This document shows positions 1 through 19,180 of a stretch of 64,000 bases of DNA, piece by piece. Numbering within the stretch: position 1 is the stretch's first letter; each line of letters begins with the position of its first letter. The DNA is from the human T2T-CHM13v2.0 reference genome, Homo sapiens. Below the pieces are notes generated by a model that saw only the letters and a list, made by a program, of their open reading frames with translations, was not told the origin of the DNA and did not search any database. The position numbers and the translations under genes were made by a program. The stretch lies in the NCBI RefSeq assembly GCF_009914755.1, contig NC_060935.1; one strand, written 5' to 3'.

Positions 1-518
1 CCACAGCACCAACCCTCCAGCGGGAACACCCTCTCTCATCAACTGCCCTCCCTGCTGGCCAGGCCCAGCCCTTAGCCAGGTGCTTTTTCAGGGACCAAGT
101 AGAGCTGGGGCCTGACCACAGGCACTTCTTGGAGCCACAGACGCAAAGCAGCAGCCCTCGGGGATTGTTCTTCCCCAGCCACCGGCCCAGAGTGTGGCTG
201 GTCAATCGTGGGGACCCAGGACTGGCTGGACGCACAGCTCTAGGGCCCAGTACCTCCCACAGCCTCTGCAGCCTTGGGCGGGGGAGAGGGGTGAGCCAGT
301 CCTGAATTGGGTTGGGAGGAGCAGGGACAAAAATAACCCAGTACAGGTTCCTGCTGAGGCCAGAAATAGCATAGTGACAAGTGCCTTGTAACACCCTGGA
401 TGAGCAGCAGGGGGAGGCTGAGCTGAGGCTGGCCCAGCCTCACACCAGGCCCTGGCTGGGCTACATACCACATGGTCCGTGTGTACACACGCGTGTGGGG
501 GGCCCGAGAGACCATGGC
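1..518 (-). other. KCNJ11: KCNJ11 3' UTR (partial, continues beyond window start)
   Basis: Directly follows the KCNJ11 stop codon; I saw no AATAAA on the minus strand in this stretch. Confidence 0.8.
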
Positions 519-1757
<1,239 letters not shown>

Positions 1758-1899
1758 TCACTGCAGAGTCCTCTCGGTGGGCACCTTCTCACCCTGGGGC
1801 TGCACTCAGCCTGTGCTGGCCTCACTTCTGAGATAACTCCCCACCAGACTCTTCCTTACCTCCACCTGGGTCCCACTTCACTTCTTAATACCAGCCTCA

Positions 1900-2326
<427 letters not shown>

Positions 2327-2499
2327 CTAAGAGCCCTTCTCCCCGCCCAGCCTGCCTTCCCAGCCCAGCTCAGAACTTAACACCTCCGGATCTCTCCCAC
2401 TAACCGGACCTCACCCCCACCTCCGGGTCTCCCGCCTCACCTGTCTGGCCTTCGGGCTCCCAGGCTCCAGCTCAGGTCCTGGCCACCCCCGCCCCGTCT

Positions 2500-3340
2500 C
2501 TCCTCCAGGTGCGCCCCCTATGTCCTACTCCACCCCTCCCGGAGCGCCCCCGCCGCTTTCCGGATCCCCCTCCAGCTCTCGTCCTCTCTGTCTCCTTGGG
2601 ATCCTGCGTTCTCTGGAGTCACCACCCCACCCGGCTCAACCGCGGCTCCCCGGACCTGCGCGCGACCCGGCGGGGCTGACTCCGAGTCGCGGCCTCCCGG
2701 TCCCTGCCGCCCGCCCGCGCCGCGGCTCCCGCTCCGCGCCGGGTCCCGGCCCCGCCCGCCGCCGCCGCTGCACCTGCTCCTGCTCCTCACGCCACGGCCG
2801 TCGCCTCCCCGCCCCCTCCCGCCGCCCGGGCGCTCGCGGCTGGCCGTCCTCCCGTCTGTCTGTCCGTCCGTGGGTCCGCGGAGACCGACCTGGGCTAGGC
2901 AGGGGTCTAGGACGGCGGGAGGGGGGCGCACGAGGAGAGGAACGGGGCCGGGGACCGCCAGGGGGAGCCCGACCTGCACCGGAGCGCAGGGGGCGGGGCC
3001 GGAGCAAGCCCCCGCCCCTCCCGCGCCCCTCCCCGCCCCCGCCCTCCACCTCCCCTCCCGGGACTCACAACCCGGCCTTTGGAGTTTTTCTGATCCGCGG
3101 AACCCAGAGGTTCCTCCTGCCCACGCTCTACGAAAGTGGGGGGCTGGGAGGGATCTGTGACCCGCCCTCCCAGTCTGGGGCCGCCGCCCTGTCGCCCTGG
3201 CTCCCCTCCCCCAATATCCCCATCCGTATTTGGGTCAGTAATCCGCCTCTCGGCCGCGCCAGGTTTGCAGGTTCCCCGGGAAAGGAGGCGCTGAGAGGCG
3301 GCGCCACCAATCCCAGGGCTGGCGGAAATTAGGCGGTCCG
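2500..3340. promoter_or_regulatory. CpG island / KCNJ11 upstream promoter with GC boxes
   Basis: Very high GC and CpG density (ccgcccgcgccgcggc...), multiple GGGGCGGGG Sp1-type boxes at ~2990-3050. Confidence 0.9.
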
Positions 3341-3438
3341 AGGACTTCTCAACCTGCAGCTGCTTCTCTTTGGGGGATGCTCTTAATCTTAGTCTTGAAT
3401 CCTTTGACAATCTGATGGAAGCTCAGACTCCCTCTCAT

Positions 3439-3464
3439 TAAAAAAAAAAAAAAAAAAAAAAAAA
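3439..3464 (+). repeat. poly(A) tract (~26 nt)
   Basis: Uninterrupted A run. Confidence 0.9.
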
Positions 3465-5975
3465 AGGCCTCGGCAGGAAAGGAGCACAGTTTAACACCTG
3501 CTACTGCTGTGGGGCAGCCTGGGCGGCTCCATCTTCTCAGCCATTCCGGCCCTACTTTAAAGAAGGTTTGAGCCGAGGCCACTTGCTTTACACTTTCTCA
3601 CACCTGTCACCTGACTTCTTCCACGTTAGGTCATGGGTGGTATTTAGGCCTGAACAGTGTGTTAGGGCTGCCTCGGGCACTGGGGGACCCAGGCTCTTGG
3701 TCCCGGCATGGTGGTGTTTCTGTTCAGGCATCAGCCTGAGGCTGCCCTGTGGCATGGACCCGGGTTCTCAGCTGGGAGGGAAAGCCTGCTAGATCTCTGT
3801 TGTTGGAACAGTAACGGCTTTACCGCTGTCTGTGGCTCAGATCCTTATGGAAGAACCCCTGACCATCTGTGGCCATTTTGTTGGAGTGGGGGCTTGAGAC
3901 AGGGTCTGGAAAAGGCAGTGTGGCTGTGGGCCACAGTGGGGGCAAGATATGCATTTTATATTGGATTTTCCTTTCTCTCCCTACCCACCTGCAGGCAGAG
4001 CGAACACCGCTACAAAGGATGGGTGTGATCATGGGCTATATTAACAAAGATGCAGTGTCTAGGAAGGGGAGGGTAAAATGAGATGAGCAGAGTGGGAAGC
4101 TCAAGGAGACAGGGTTACATGGGGAAATCTCTGAGGCAACTACAACTGTCCAGCCATCAGAAAAGGAAAGTCCCCCAGGGATTTGGGCACTATTGCAGAA
4201 ACACCTGGCCTTGAAGGAGGATGAACTAGTAGTTTTTTGTGGCCCAAAGGGTAGAACCAGGACACTAAGTGGAACAGAGGCAGGCTTTGGTTTCACATAT
4301 GCAAGAGTCAGTTCTAATAACAATAACCAGAGATGAGCCACATCTGTGGGGTACCCAAATCAAGTCGGTGGGCCATGAGGGATGTTATACAGGGATTTTG
4401 GGCCAGGATGACCTTGGGCATCCCTGCAACACCTCACTGTGGGCCCAGCCCTGCCCCTGCTACTTCCCTTCAATCTGTTGAGGTGGGGTGGCTTTGGAGC
4501 AGTGGTAGGCTTGTGGAGTCCTCTTTCAGTTCCCCGGCTCTGCTCTTGGGAGATCTCACAGTGGAGGAAGCTGCTGGGCCCCTGGGGAAATCTCAGAGCT
4601 GGAAAGGCTGGGTTCTGCCTCCTGGTGCAGCCTTGAGGCCTTACCTCCCTCCCTGCTGCTCACCCTTCTGAGAGGCTGAGTCTCCCACCTGAAAGGCTCA
4701 GCCTCCCCTTTTGCTCCATCCTGCACTTGCTTATAGTCATCTCCACCAAATACTGAACTTGTCAAGTCGCTTTCTTGCTCAAAACCCTTCTCCCTTTTTG
4801 TCCATGGGCATAGCCCACACTCCTTGCTCTGGCATTCAGGGCTCTCTGATATGATGCCCTCCCCACTGCTGTAATCTCTCTCCCACCTCCCTGATCAACC
4901 AACACTCTTAACACACTTCCACCATCACTCCTTAGCTCCTGCTGTCCCTACCTGCCACCCCAACCCTTTCTCTGACTTTCTGCCTAACCAATCCCTATCC
5001 CCCACAATGTTTAACTCAAATTTTGTCTTTTCCAGGCAGGCTGCCAGGCTTTACAGAGCTCTTCCTTTCCGAGCTTCTCTGGCTCCTGGAACATCCACAG
5101 GGGTCTGCACTGGACCTGCCTCCGATAACTGGTGGGCTTTTCTTATGTTGTGCCTCTATGATCCCCTTGCAGCCAAGAGGATGCAGGTTCAAGACTCTTA
5201 GGTCTGCACCTCAGGGCTTGGTGCAGCCAGTACTGCAGATGATATGCAAATGATCATAAAATGAGATGTAAATGAGCACCTGCCATTTCTTGGCCAAGGG
5301 CAGGTGTGCACTCTTGTTTCGTGATGCAGAGGAAGTCAGGACAGCTGCTGTTTTAGTCTCCCTGGTGTCTGGGCTCCAGCGTCTCCCAGACACCACCTGG
5401 CTGACCTGTGACTCATGCACTGTGCTTTCCCTCTGAAGGACCACCTTTCCACTTCTGAATGCCCCTGCTTGAGGGATGGAGATGGAGACATGATCCAGGC
5501 CTAGCCAGCCAGTGTATGCCACCCCTCTGATCACAGTGGGGTGGGGATGGGAATGTGATCCAAGTTGGTGCATTGAGATTTGCTCCCAAGCTTTTGCTGG
5601 AACTATTGGGAAGGAGTATCTGTTTTGCCTCTTGGGTTGCCTTGGGGCAGGATGTAAGCTGGACCTGCTAGTGGCCATCTGTCATAATGAAAGGGGAGGA
5701 AAATGGAACCCAGAAAGGAAGACACATCCCAGATGGATGTCAAACACCTGGGTCCAGCCATGCTTGAAGTAGTATACCTCTTAGCCTTGTCAGTCACATA
5801 TTCAATAAATTCAGTTTCTGCTTAGGTTACTTTGAATTGGGTTCCTGTCATTTGCAATTGAAATAGTGTTAATCCAGATTTTAATTCAAGAATGAAAGTG
5901 AGAAGAAAGGAGACCAAGCTGCATGGAGATCTGTTACCTTATCTGATAAGCTCATTGCAGAAATGCTATCACCCT

Positions 5976-6351
5976 TGCTATGGACATAATTGTGTCCTGC
6001 CAAATTCACAGGTTGAAGCCTAATCCTACAATGTAACTGTATTTGGAAACAGGGCCTGTGAGGAGATAATTAAGGTTTAATGAGGTAATAGGGGTGGGGC
6101 CCTAATCCAATATGACTGGTGTCCTTTTAAGACACAGAGAGAAAGCAGGGATGCATGTGCACAGAGTAAAGGTCATGTGAGCACACAGCCAGAAGGCAGC
6201 CCTCTGCAAGCCAAGGAGAGAGGCCTCAGGAGAAACCAAACCTGCCAACACCTTGATCCCAGACTTCAGCCTCCAGAACTGTGAGAAAAAAGTCTGTTTT
6301 AAAGCCACCCAGTCTGTGATATGTTGTTGTGGCAGCCTGGCTGACTAATAG
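5976..6351 (+). mobile_element. MaLR solo LTR (MLT1A/MST-like)
   Basis: TGCTATGG...aaattcacaggttgaagcc...gtatttggaaacagggcct...ctgcaagccaaggagagaggcctcag...ttcagcctccagaactgtgag...gactaata, typical MaLR LTR. Confidence 0.8.
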
Positions 6352-6499
6352 AGGCCTCATTTCACAGGTAAGGAAGCAGGCTTTTGCTCACACAGCTTCT
6401 GCCTGATGTCAGAGCCAGGCTGGTTCTACTGAACCCACCATCCACCGCCAGCCCCTGCCCACCAGACTTAGGGCCTCTAGTAGGAAATAATCAAATCTA

Positions 6500-6505
6500 T
6501 TTATT
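6500..6505 (-). terminator. ABCC8: ABCC8 polyadenylation signal AATAAA
   Basis: tttatt on plus strand, ~80 nt downstream of the stop codon; implies a ~100-nt 3' UTR. Confidence 0.85.
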
Positions 6506-6586
6506 TACAAGTGATTTACAGTTAGAAAACCCAGGCAGGGGTATGGGCAGGGTCCGAATGTGGGATGGCACTTGGGCTCTGGCAGG

Positions 6587-6748
<162 letters not shown>

Positions 6749-7292
6749 TCAGGATGGTGGGAACACCACCCGCGGTGGGGGCCACAGCTGAGGGTGGCCC
6801 TCCTGCGGCTTGGAGGAGGAGGATGAGGCATGTGGCCAGAATGTCCTGTCACTGTGGGGACTGCACTTTCCTGGGGTGGATGTGACTACAAGCTCTCCAT
6901 CTGCTAATACCACCCTTCTCTCCTCTCCAAGTCCCAACTCTACCCCACCTCCAGGCTTCAAGGCTCAGAGACCCTCCACAACCCCTCCCCCACTTCCTAT
7001 GGAGAAGTAACGCCAGCCTAACATATAAGGCCTTGGGACAGGGGCAGGCCTTGGAACCTGGAGAAGGAGAGGGGAGGTCTGAGGGAAGCACAGGGGCAAA
7101 ACCCCCCACCCCAAATCCTGCAACCCAGGCTCCCTGCATGCCCTCCAGGCCCCTTGCCCTGAACTGCCTGCTTCAGGGTTCTTTCTTGATTACTGGGACC
7201 AGGCAAGCCCAGGGGCTGTGCACTGATGACGGCCACAAGAGGCCAGTCCTGTCCCTGGGTGTCCCTCTGCACCCCATCAATGGGCCCCTTAC

Positions 7293-7355
7293 CGCGATGG
7301 TGACCACAGTGCGGTCTGCGAAGGCTGTCATCACCACCTTTTGGAGGATGTTTTC
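7293..7355 (-). CDS. ABCC8: SUR1 exon 38
   Basis: CAG/GTAAG; ENILQKVVMTAFADRTVVTIA. Confidence 0.95.
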
Positions 7356-7547
7356 CTGCCAAGTGGGGGCAACAGCTGTTGGCTCACCTGCCCAGTGGAT
7401 GGGGTCTGGCCTGGCTTGGGGGATGTGGAGCCCAGGTCTGTGGCTCAGCTCCCATCTGACCCCGATCCTAGTCCCACCCCCACCCCACAGGACTGAACAG
7501 GTTCCCGGCACTCAGGGACTGGACTCAGCCTGTTGGGAGCTCAGCTC

Positions 7548-7683
7548 TGTGTGTGTATGTAGGTTGTGGTTGTGGCTGTGTGTGTGCTGTTGTGATAGGT
7601 GACAGTGTGAAGTCTGTGTGGGTCTGTGTGTGCAGCTTATGTGTGTGTTTGCATAGTGTTTTTGTGTGTGCGTGTGTGTGTGT
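7548..7683 (+). repeat. Degenerate (TG)n simple repeat
   Basis: gtgtgtatgt...gtgtgtgcgtgtgtgtgtgt. Confidence 0.8.
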
Positions 7684-7816
7684 AACATTCCCTAAGACTA
7701 GACAGAGTCAGGGTCCCCCCAGCTCTTTTCATTTTCTGCAACACATAGCATTTGATGTTAGAGGCAACTTGAGCCTCAGGACTACTTCGTGCAAATTTCT
7801 CCCTAGCATCCCACTA

Positions 7817-8302
<486 letters not shown>

Positions 8303-8435
8303 TCATTGAAACCAAGGCTTGGCCACCCCCAATGCTCCAGGAGCTGCAGCAAATATACCAAGGCTTTGCCAATCACCGGTGGCCTTGATGAGTGACCCGT
8401 GTCTATGATTGCCCAGTCCATCTTCTCCTCCCCTA

Positions 8436-9399
<964 letters not shown>

Positions 9400-9439
9400 T
9401 CATCTGGTGGCTGTGGGTACACGTGGGGTGCCCGCCTTA

Positions 9440-9583
<144 letters not shown>

Positions 9584-10472
9584 CTATGCTAGCTCTGGGT
9601 GTGTGTGCAGGTGTGGGAGGTCACAGGGTATCTTTTTGGCCTGGTTTTCTGACTAGTTTCTCTTTGGACACCACAGGTTTGGGCTTGTTTCCTGCAGTGG
9701 GTCCAGAGAGGGCTTACACAGGGACCGGCACGCAAGTGCAGGCATGGATGTCCATTTGCCTGGGCCTTGGTGTGGGTCTGGGTGTGCCGGGTACTTGGCT
9801 GAAGGAGAGCTGGGGGGCAGTGGTGTGTCTCTATGGGCATGGGTGTGGCAGGAGGACACAGGGGCAGCTGAGAGTGGTATGCATGGATGTGTCTGTGTGC
9901 CCCGCCCTACAATGGAGCCACCTCTGATCCCGTTGCTTCCTGGCACTTGGGTACCAACAGAAATTACAATACGGAGACAGATAGTGACATAGAAGGATGA
10001 GAGAGGCAGGGACAGAGGTACATCCCAAGGTCAGAGAATGACATGGACAGCCACAGCAAAGTGAGACAGAGACAAAGAGACAGAGTGGGAAACGAGAGGA
10101 GAGCTGGGCCAGGGCCATAGGCAGGGGCTCACCCTCAATACAAGGGTGGCCTCGCTGTCTGCCCCCAGGTCCCTGCCCTGAAGCTCGGGGCAGTGCCCTA
10201 GGGAAAGCCCCTGACCATTCGCAGAGAGGGAGGCCCTGACAAAGCCCGTGTGAGCTGGGGGAGTCCAGAGTGTCGGTCTCCTTGGTGGATGAGTGAGAAG
10301 ACAAGGCCTGAGGGCAGCACTGGGGGAAGGCAATAGAAGGAGAGGAAAGATGGGCCCCCACAGGCCCAGGGCAGGAGACTGCGATGTCTGAATAGTGAGA
10401 GGCCTCGGCCCTGGAGGGCCACGAGGTGACTGCGAAGCCATCCAGCTCCGTGCATGCCCCATCCCCTGCTCA

Positions 10473-10948
<476 letters not shown>

Positions 10949-11075
10949 TTAGTTCTGTCCTCAGCCACCAGAATGGCTCTTCTTAAGGCTGGAGAGGGGC
11001 CAGGGCCCCAGATTCCTTTTGCTGCCATCCACTGCCTGCTCAGAGCAGCCCTCCCTGGAGGCACAGGGAGGGTCA

Positions 11076-11423
<348 letters not shown>

Positions 11424-11904
11424 TCAGGGGTTAGAGCCACAGGCCCCTGTTCTACCTCACTCCTTTTCGGGGCAGAGAGCAGCTCAGCCAGGCCTCCACT
11501 CCAGCCCTGCAACTCATGCACACGTCACCAGACACACACAAGGGCTGCGAAGGCTGGAGCCCCAGGAGCCAACATGTCCCACAAGCTCATGCTCCCCTAC
11601 CCCCTAGCCCCTGCACACCCTTTAACATGCACGCCTCAGCTGGCCCACAAACACACACAATGTGGGTGTCATATGACCCACTGCAGATACACATTCACCA
11701 CAACTGTTCTTGCCACTGGCACACACCTCAGATACACAAGCCTCCAGGCAGTGATATGGGGAAAAGGAGCACAGGCTAGACACTAGGAGGACCACCAGGG
11801 CTGGGGGAAGCAGGAAGGCTTGGTGTCCACACGATCTGGTATCCTATCCTCTCTTTCATCCCCAGGTACCTGTGTGCTCTTGCTCTGGCCCCACCCTCCT
11901 ATCA

Positions 11905-12411
<507 letters not shown>

Positions 12412-12452
12412 CTATCCTGCTTCCTGCCCACCACAAACTCTCACCTGGACTA

Positions 12453-12910
<458 letters not shown>

Positions 12911-14269
12911 AATATTAATGACCTTCCACTGCTTATAGGATGAAGAACCCCCTCCTGCCAACCTAATTCCTGCCACAAACACCCCACACACTATGCTGCA
13001 GCCACTCAGCTTTTTAAAAGCTCTGTGACAATACTAAAGTCTTCCCTACCCCAGGGCCTTTGCACACACTATTCCCTTTTCCTGGAAGGCTTTTGCCCTT
13101 GCTCTTCATAAGGCTGGCTCAACTCAACCTTCAGGGCTTGCCTTAAATGCTGCCTCCTCAGAGAGGCTCTTCCTGGCTACTACCTTACTATAAAGTAGGT
13201 TTCCCCTATTATTGTCTGCAACCTGTTTGCTCCACAGTATCTGCTGTACATGCATTTCTCTAGCTATTTATAATCATCTCCCTCAATAGACTGCAAATTC
13301 CATGAAGATGTTTTATTCACCAATATACCCCAGCACCTGGCACTATCAATAAATATTTGTTGGATGAATGCATGGCACTCCCCTGACCCTCTGAAATTGA
13401 TGGAATCTCTCTGCACAGGGAACTCTGGAGGCTTCTTTCTCATCCTTAGGTCCTCATCATGTTTTCCCTGAGTTACTGCGCATGGACCTGCCTCCTTTCT
13501 CTGATCAACCTGGGCTGCCGTCATCACTCTCCTTGGCCGCTTCCCTCAGACCTTGCTGACGTAGGCCCGGCCCAGAGGAGATGCAGGAGCACTTGTTTGA
13601 TGATGGAGGAAGGAACGAAAGAAAAGCTGCCTCATCATCGCTGGTTTGATAGGACCAAACTCAGGGGACACGGAGGCACCCAAGACGTACCTTACTGGGC
13701 ATTTGCTTTTCACCCTGGAAGGTGTTAGTTCAGCTTTGATTGTCTCTGCGTGGAGAGAGGGCATGTGTCTGAGGGGACTGAAGGGAGGTTCTGAGGTGGG
13801 AGAGAGCATGCTACTGCACACCCCCAGGGTGGAGACGTGTGGGAGGGTGACGTGTCTGCAGTGAGTGTGAAACCATGCCTGAAGGGTAGAGTAAGTGCGT
13901 GTTGAAAATGTGTGTGCATCAGGGCATGTGCGCGTTATAGGAGTGTGAGGCGCTCAGCGTATGTGGGTCTCAGGACTGTGTGAGTTGAGGGTCGGCAAGT
14001 GTGAGATGGGAGCTTCTGCCACAGGCGTGCGACAGTGTGTCTGAGGACTAGAAAAGAGCCCCAGCCTCGGAGCCATGTAAACCCAGGTTGGAGCCTGAAC
14101 ATCACAACTTCCTGGCTGTGTATCAGGACTGAGACTCAGTTTTCTTATGAAAAAAATGGGGAAGTGATAGTTCCTACATGAACGAAAACAACCTCCGAGC
14201 CCGCCACTGAGCCCAGTGCTGGGCACTCTTGAAACTCTTTTGGGAAAAAATAAGATCTCTTAGGAAAGC

Positions 14270-14500
14270 CCAGAAGGTCAGGCAAACCTGGGTTCCAAGC
14301 TCAGCGCCAGCCCCCGCAGTCTGTGTGACCTTGGATTGATTACCCAGCCTCTCTGGGTCTCGCTTCTGCATCTGGAGAATGTGGCGATTCGTACCTATGT
14401 TATGTGGTCCTTGTGAGGATTAAATGTAATAATGCACATACAACACTTAGCACGGTGCCTGGCATACAGTAAGTGGGCAATCAATAAGTGCTAATAGCTC
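14270..14500 (+). mobile_element. MIR fragment
   Basis: cctgggttccaag...tgtgtgaccttgg...ttgtgaggattaaatg...cttagcacggtgcctggcatacagtaag core MIR motifs. Confidence 0.7.
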
Positions 14501-16184
14501 TCAACAGGCTGCTGGATTAAAGCCAATGCATTAAATGTGTATGGGGTTGATTAAAAAGCCTTTCATTCAAATTTAAAAATCATTCACCGTGTCAGTAGGG
14601 TGTGGAAGACCTCACTGGGTAGCAGTGGCTCTGGCTGACCACAGGTTTGGCCTGATCTGAGGCTGCTTACAGGAAGCTGGGATCTGCACACAAGGGGCTG
14701 TGGCCCACTCTAGAAGAGTCACCATCTCTCTACCCCAGGGCCCTCTGAGACACCAATTGAGAGAGGGAAATCACCAAAACTTAGAGCAAAGGCTAGGCTC
14801 AGTAATGTCGAGGGACCTGGAAGTTGAAGGAACGGGAGAAGTTCAGGCTTGAGAAGAGGAGGCTGGGAGGAGACTCTAGAGTCATAATCCAGTCCCCAGC
14901 AAGCTTCTTTGTGGAAGACACAGCATAGGCTTGTCCAGGGGCAAGGGATGTCCAGGGAGCAGCGCCAAGGCCAGGGCAGAGCTTTGCTCTGCTCTTCTTT
15001 ACTTAGACAAGATCCCTAAGAGGTGGATTTCCACTGGCCCTAGGTGCTCCAGGGTGGGCAGAGGGGCCTGGATACCTCTCCAGGGCTGAAGCTGGACTTC
15101 AGGGGTTGGGGGGAGGAGATGTAAGCCTCTCTGGCCCTTGGCTGGTCCTTGTGCCCTATGGTTACTCCTGGACACAGTGCTTGGTGTCTCATGGTTACTG
15201 TCATACTTCGTGCAGCTGTGCCACCCTAAAAATAACCTATTATCACTCTCTGGATGAAGATGAGAAAAGAGCCCAACTTTGTGTGTCAGGGGTCTCTGGC
15301 CTGCCTGACTGGAAGAGAGATGCCTCTGGAGATCAGACAGACTCTTGGGGAGTGGGAAACAACAGCTTCCCTCATTCCCCAGGCAACCTCAGATGCTCCT
15401 GTCCACCCCAACATCACCACTCAGGGTAGTGAGACGATGGCAGGGGCACTGAAGTTTTCAGGAATTCCTCAGCCTGGTGAACTCCTGCCCCTCCTTTGAG
15501 TCCTAGTTCTGATGACACCTCTGGTACAAAAACCTTCCCGGACTGTCTCTCTTCTATGCTCCCACAGCCCTTGAATCCGCTTTTTTCAGAATACTTGTCA
15601 CGTGGATTTATCCTGGCCTGCTCAAAGTCTGGGCTGTAAACGCCTGCAGGGCAGCGGCTTATTTGACTCATCTTTTTAGTGCCTGGCATGGGGCTTAGCA
15701 CATAGTCGGGGCTTAGTAAATGTTTGTTGCATGAACAAATAGGTTCAAGTCTGGGCTTTGTGGCACCTTACACAGAGAGGTTATAGAACGTCTCTGTGCC
15801 TCAGTTTCCTTGTCTGTGCAATGGAAATGACCATTCTCAGCACCGAGGGTTGCAGTGCAGAATGAGTGGGATTGGCCTGTACAGTACTCAGCATAGTGTT
15901 TGGCACACAGGGGCTCCTTAATAAAAGAAGGGCTTAGGGTGGCCCGCACCTAAGGCCCTTTCTAGCGTTGATACATGAAGACTTGTCCCAGCTTTGTCTC
16001 TTTTCATGCTCTGCCTCACAGAGGTCCTGGGCTTGTCTACAGAGCTGGAATTTTCCTCTCTAGAACATTCAGTGGGAGCCCACCTGGCCTGTCCCTGCTG
16101 GTGGATATCCCTTGGGCCTTGGGACCTGAGGCAGCTTGAGAGAGAACGTGTCCTTGGCCTTCCCAAGTGGAGTCCTGAGAATCA

Positions 16185-16373
<189 letters not shown>

Positions 16374-18104
16374 TTAAGAGGGCAGGCTCAGGGCTCGGCC
16401 TGGGCCTGAAGCCTAGCTCCACCTGCTACCGCTGTGTGGGTGAATGGCCTTACCTCTCTAGGCCTCAGCTTCTTACCCCGTGAAGGGGGAAGACAATGCC
16501 ACCAGCCCATTGAGCTTTTGTGAGCACTGAATGAGATCGTTTATGTACAATGCTTAGACACAGCCTGATGTGGGGCACAATTACTGCTGTCCTGGGCATT
16601 GTCAACCCCAGGTCGCCATCTGTCCCTGTACTTCTGCTGCACAGCCTGGAGCTGAGCTAAGGCTGGGCAGGCAGTGCTAGTTCCATTTTACAGGTGAACA
16701 ATCTGAACCTTGAGACAGCTGGCCAAAGGAACAGAAGACCAAACTCAAAGCGTTCAACCCCGTCTTCCGCTTACCCCATCAAGGAGCTCTTTAGACCCTG
16801 GCCAGTGATGTGCTGAAATGATAGGTTTCGTCTCGGGGTAAGGCCAGAGGTTTCCATGGCAACAGAATTGCCTCCTGCTCCCCAAAGCTGCACCTCGACA
16901 AGCACATCAGTGCCAGGGAGGCCAGTTTGGGATGCAGGAAGTTGATTTCCCTGATAAACCATCTCCAGGGTCAGACTGGGTGCCACAGAGACTGGGCTGT
17001 TTCTCTGGCAGAAGAAATGAACTTTGTAGAACAGCTTGTGCAGCACTTTGAATTTTTTGAGTGTCAAAAAGCTATGTTGTTCGTGTGGGTGTCGGGCCAT
17101 TCTGGATCATCCAAGCAAAAAGCCATTTATACAAATGTTGATCCTTTGGGGCAGGTAATTGTGTCCAAAATGCATCTAAATTTTATTATTGCTAATAAGT
17201 ATCTCAACTCTAGTTTCTAGCCAACTATGTGCACTTGGGAAAGGTACTTAACCTTTCTGACCACAACCTGCAGTCAGAAATATATTTTATCTCACAAATC
17301 AGTACTCACACACCTCCATGACCAACACAAAGGTTTCATGAAGCAAAGCTTGCTTTACTCTATGAATACAGTCTGATGTTTTTTTCATTTTTAAAAAAAT
17401 GCTGGTTGTGATCCATGATATTGATTTCATGACCCACTGATGGGCTGTAATTGGCAGTTTGAGAAACACTGGCCTAGACGTTCTTTAAATTTTTTCCCAC
17501 AATTTTTTGAATCTATGAGTTTCTATGAATCTGGGAGAATCACTCCCAGAAAGAACTCCCTAGAGAACATTCTTAGAAAATTTTGAGGAGGAAAGAGGCG
17601 TGCATGGATCCAAAGCTCATGAGGGCAAATGTGATCCATGAGAATGGCTGTGAGAGGCTCCCTCAAGTCAAGGCTTACAGCTACACTCTGGACTCACGTG
17701 GGCTGGGAGGTGTTATCATAACACTGCTTGAATCAGGTGCCCGCCGATTTCATGCATCAGCAATCAGCCTGACCACTAGAATGATGCAACCCTCCTGGGA
17801 AGCATGTTGGCAAAATGAATGAAGGGCATAAAATGTGCATTTATCATGACCTAGCAATTCCAGTCCTGACCATATCGCCCAAGGAAATAATTCAGATGTC
17901 AACCTCAGTGTGTGCGTGTGTTGGCAGACTATTATATTAGGGCGGTGGAATAAGATGTGGATATTTCTATTTCCTTCATTTCTGTTTTTTGTTTTTATTT
18001 TTTGGAGGGAACACGACCCTATTACTCTCATAACGATGAGTCTAGCAAGTACACCAAACTGCACATTGCAAAGCACCTCCCACCCCTCACCCCTGAGGCC
18101 ATCA

Positions 18105-18314
<210 letters not shown>

Positions 18315-18364
18315 TTAGAGTGCTACTGGCCGCCATGTTTTGCTCTCACTTTATTTTTTGATCC

Positions 18365-18658
<294 letters not shown>

Positions 18659-19018
18659 TTGCTCTCCCTTTATTATAGGCACGTATCTCATCTCTCCAGC
18701 TACAAGGTAAACTCCCTGAGGTAGGAATCAAGATTTTGTTTTCACACCATCTGGTACAATGGTAAATAAAGAACACAGGCTGAATCAAAATGAATATTCT
18801 CCATACAATCAGCCACCTTGGTTCAGAATATGCTGGAACTTTACTAGAGAAAGCCAGTGGGATCTCAGGTGGAAGCTAAAGGGATCTGGTTTCCCTCAGC
18901 CTTACTGTGAGGCTCCCACGAGGGAGGCCCCAGCCCTGAAGCAGCATTATAATCGGATCGGGGACACTGGCTTCTTCCCAGAGGGCTGTGATCACCTGAT
19001 CTGGGGAACCCAGCCTCA

Positions 19019-19180
<162 letters not shown>

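Noticed and set aside
2518-3410. Pro/Arg/Gly-rich ORFs of up to 270 aa
   Set aside because: Stop-poor CpG island sequence with low-complexity translation
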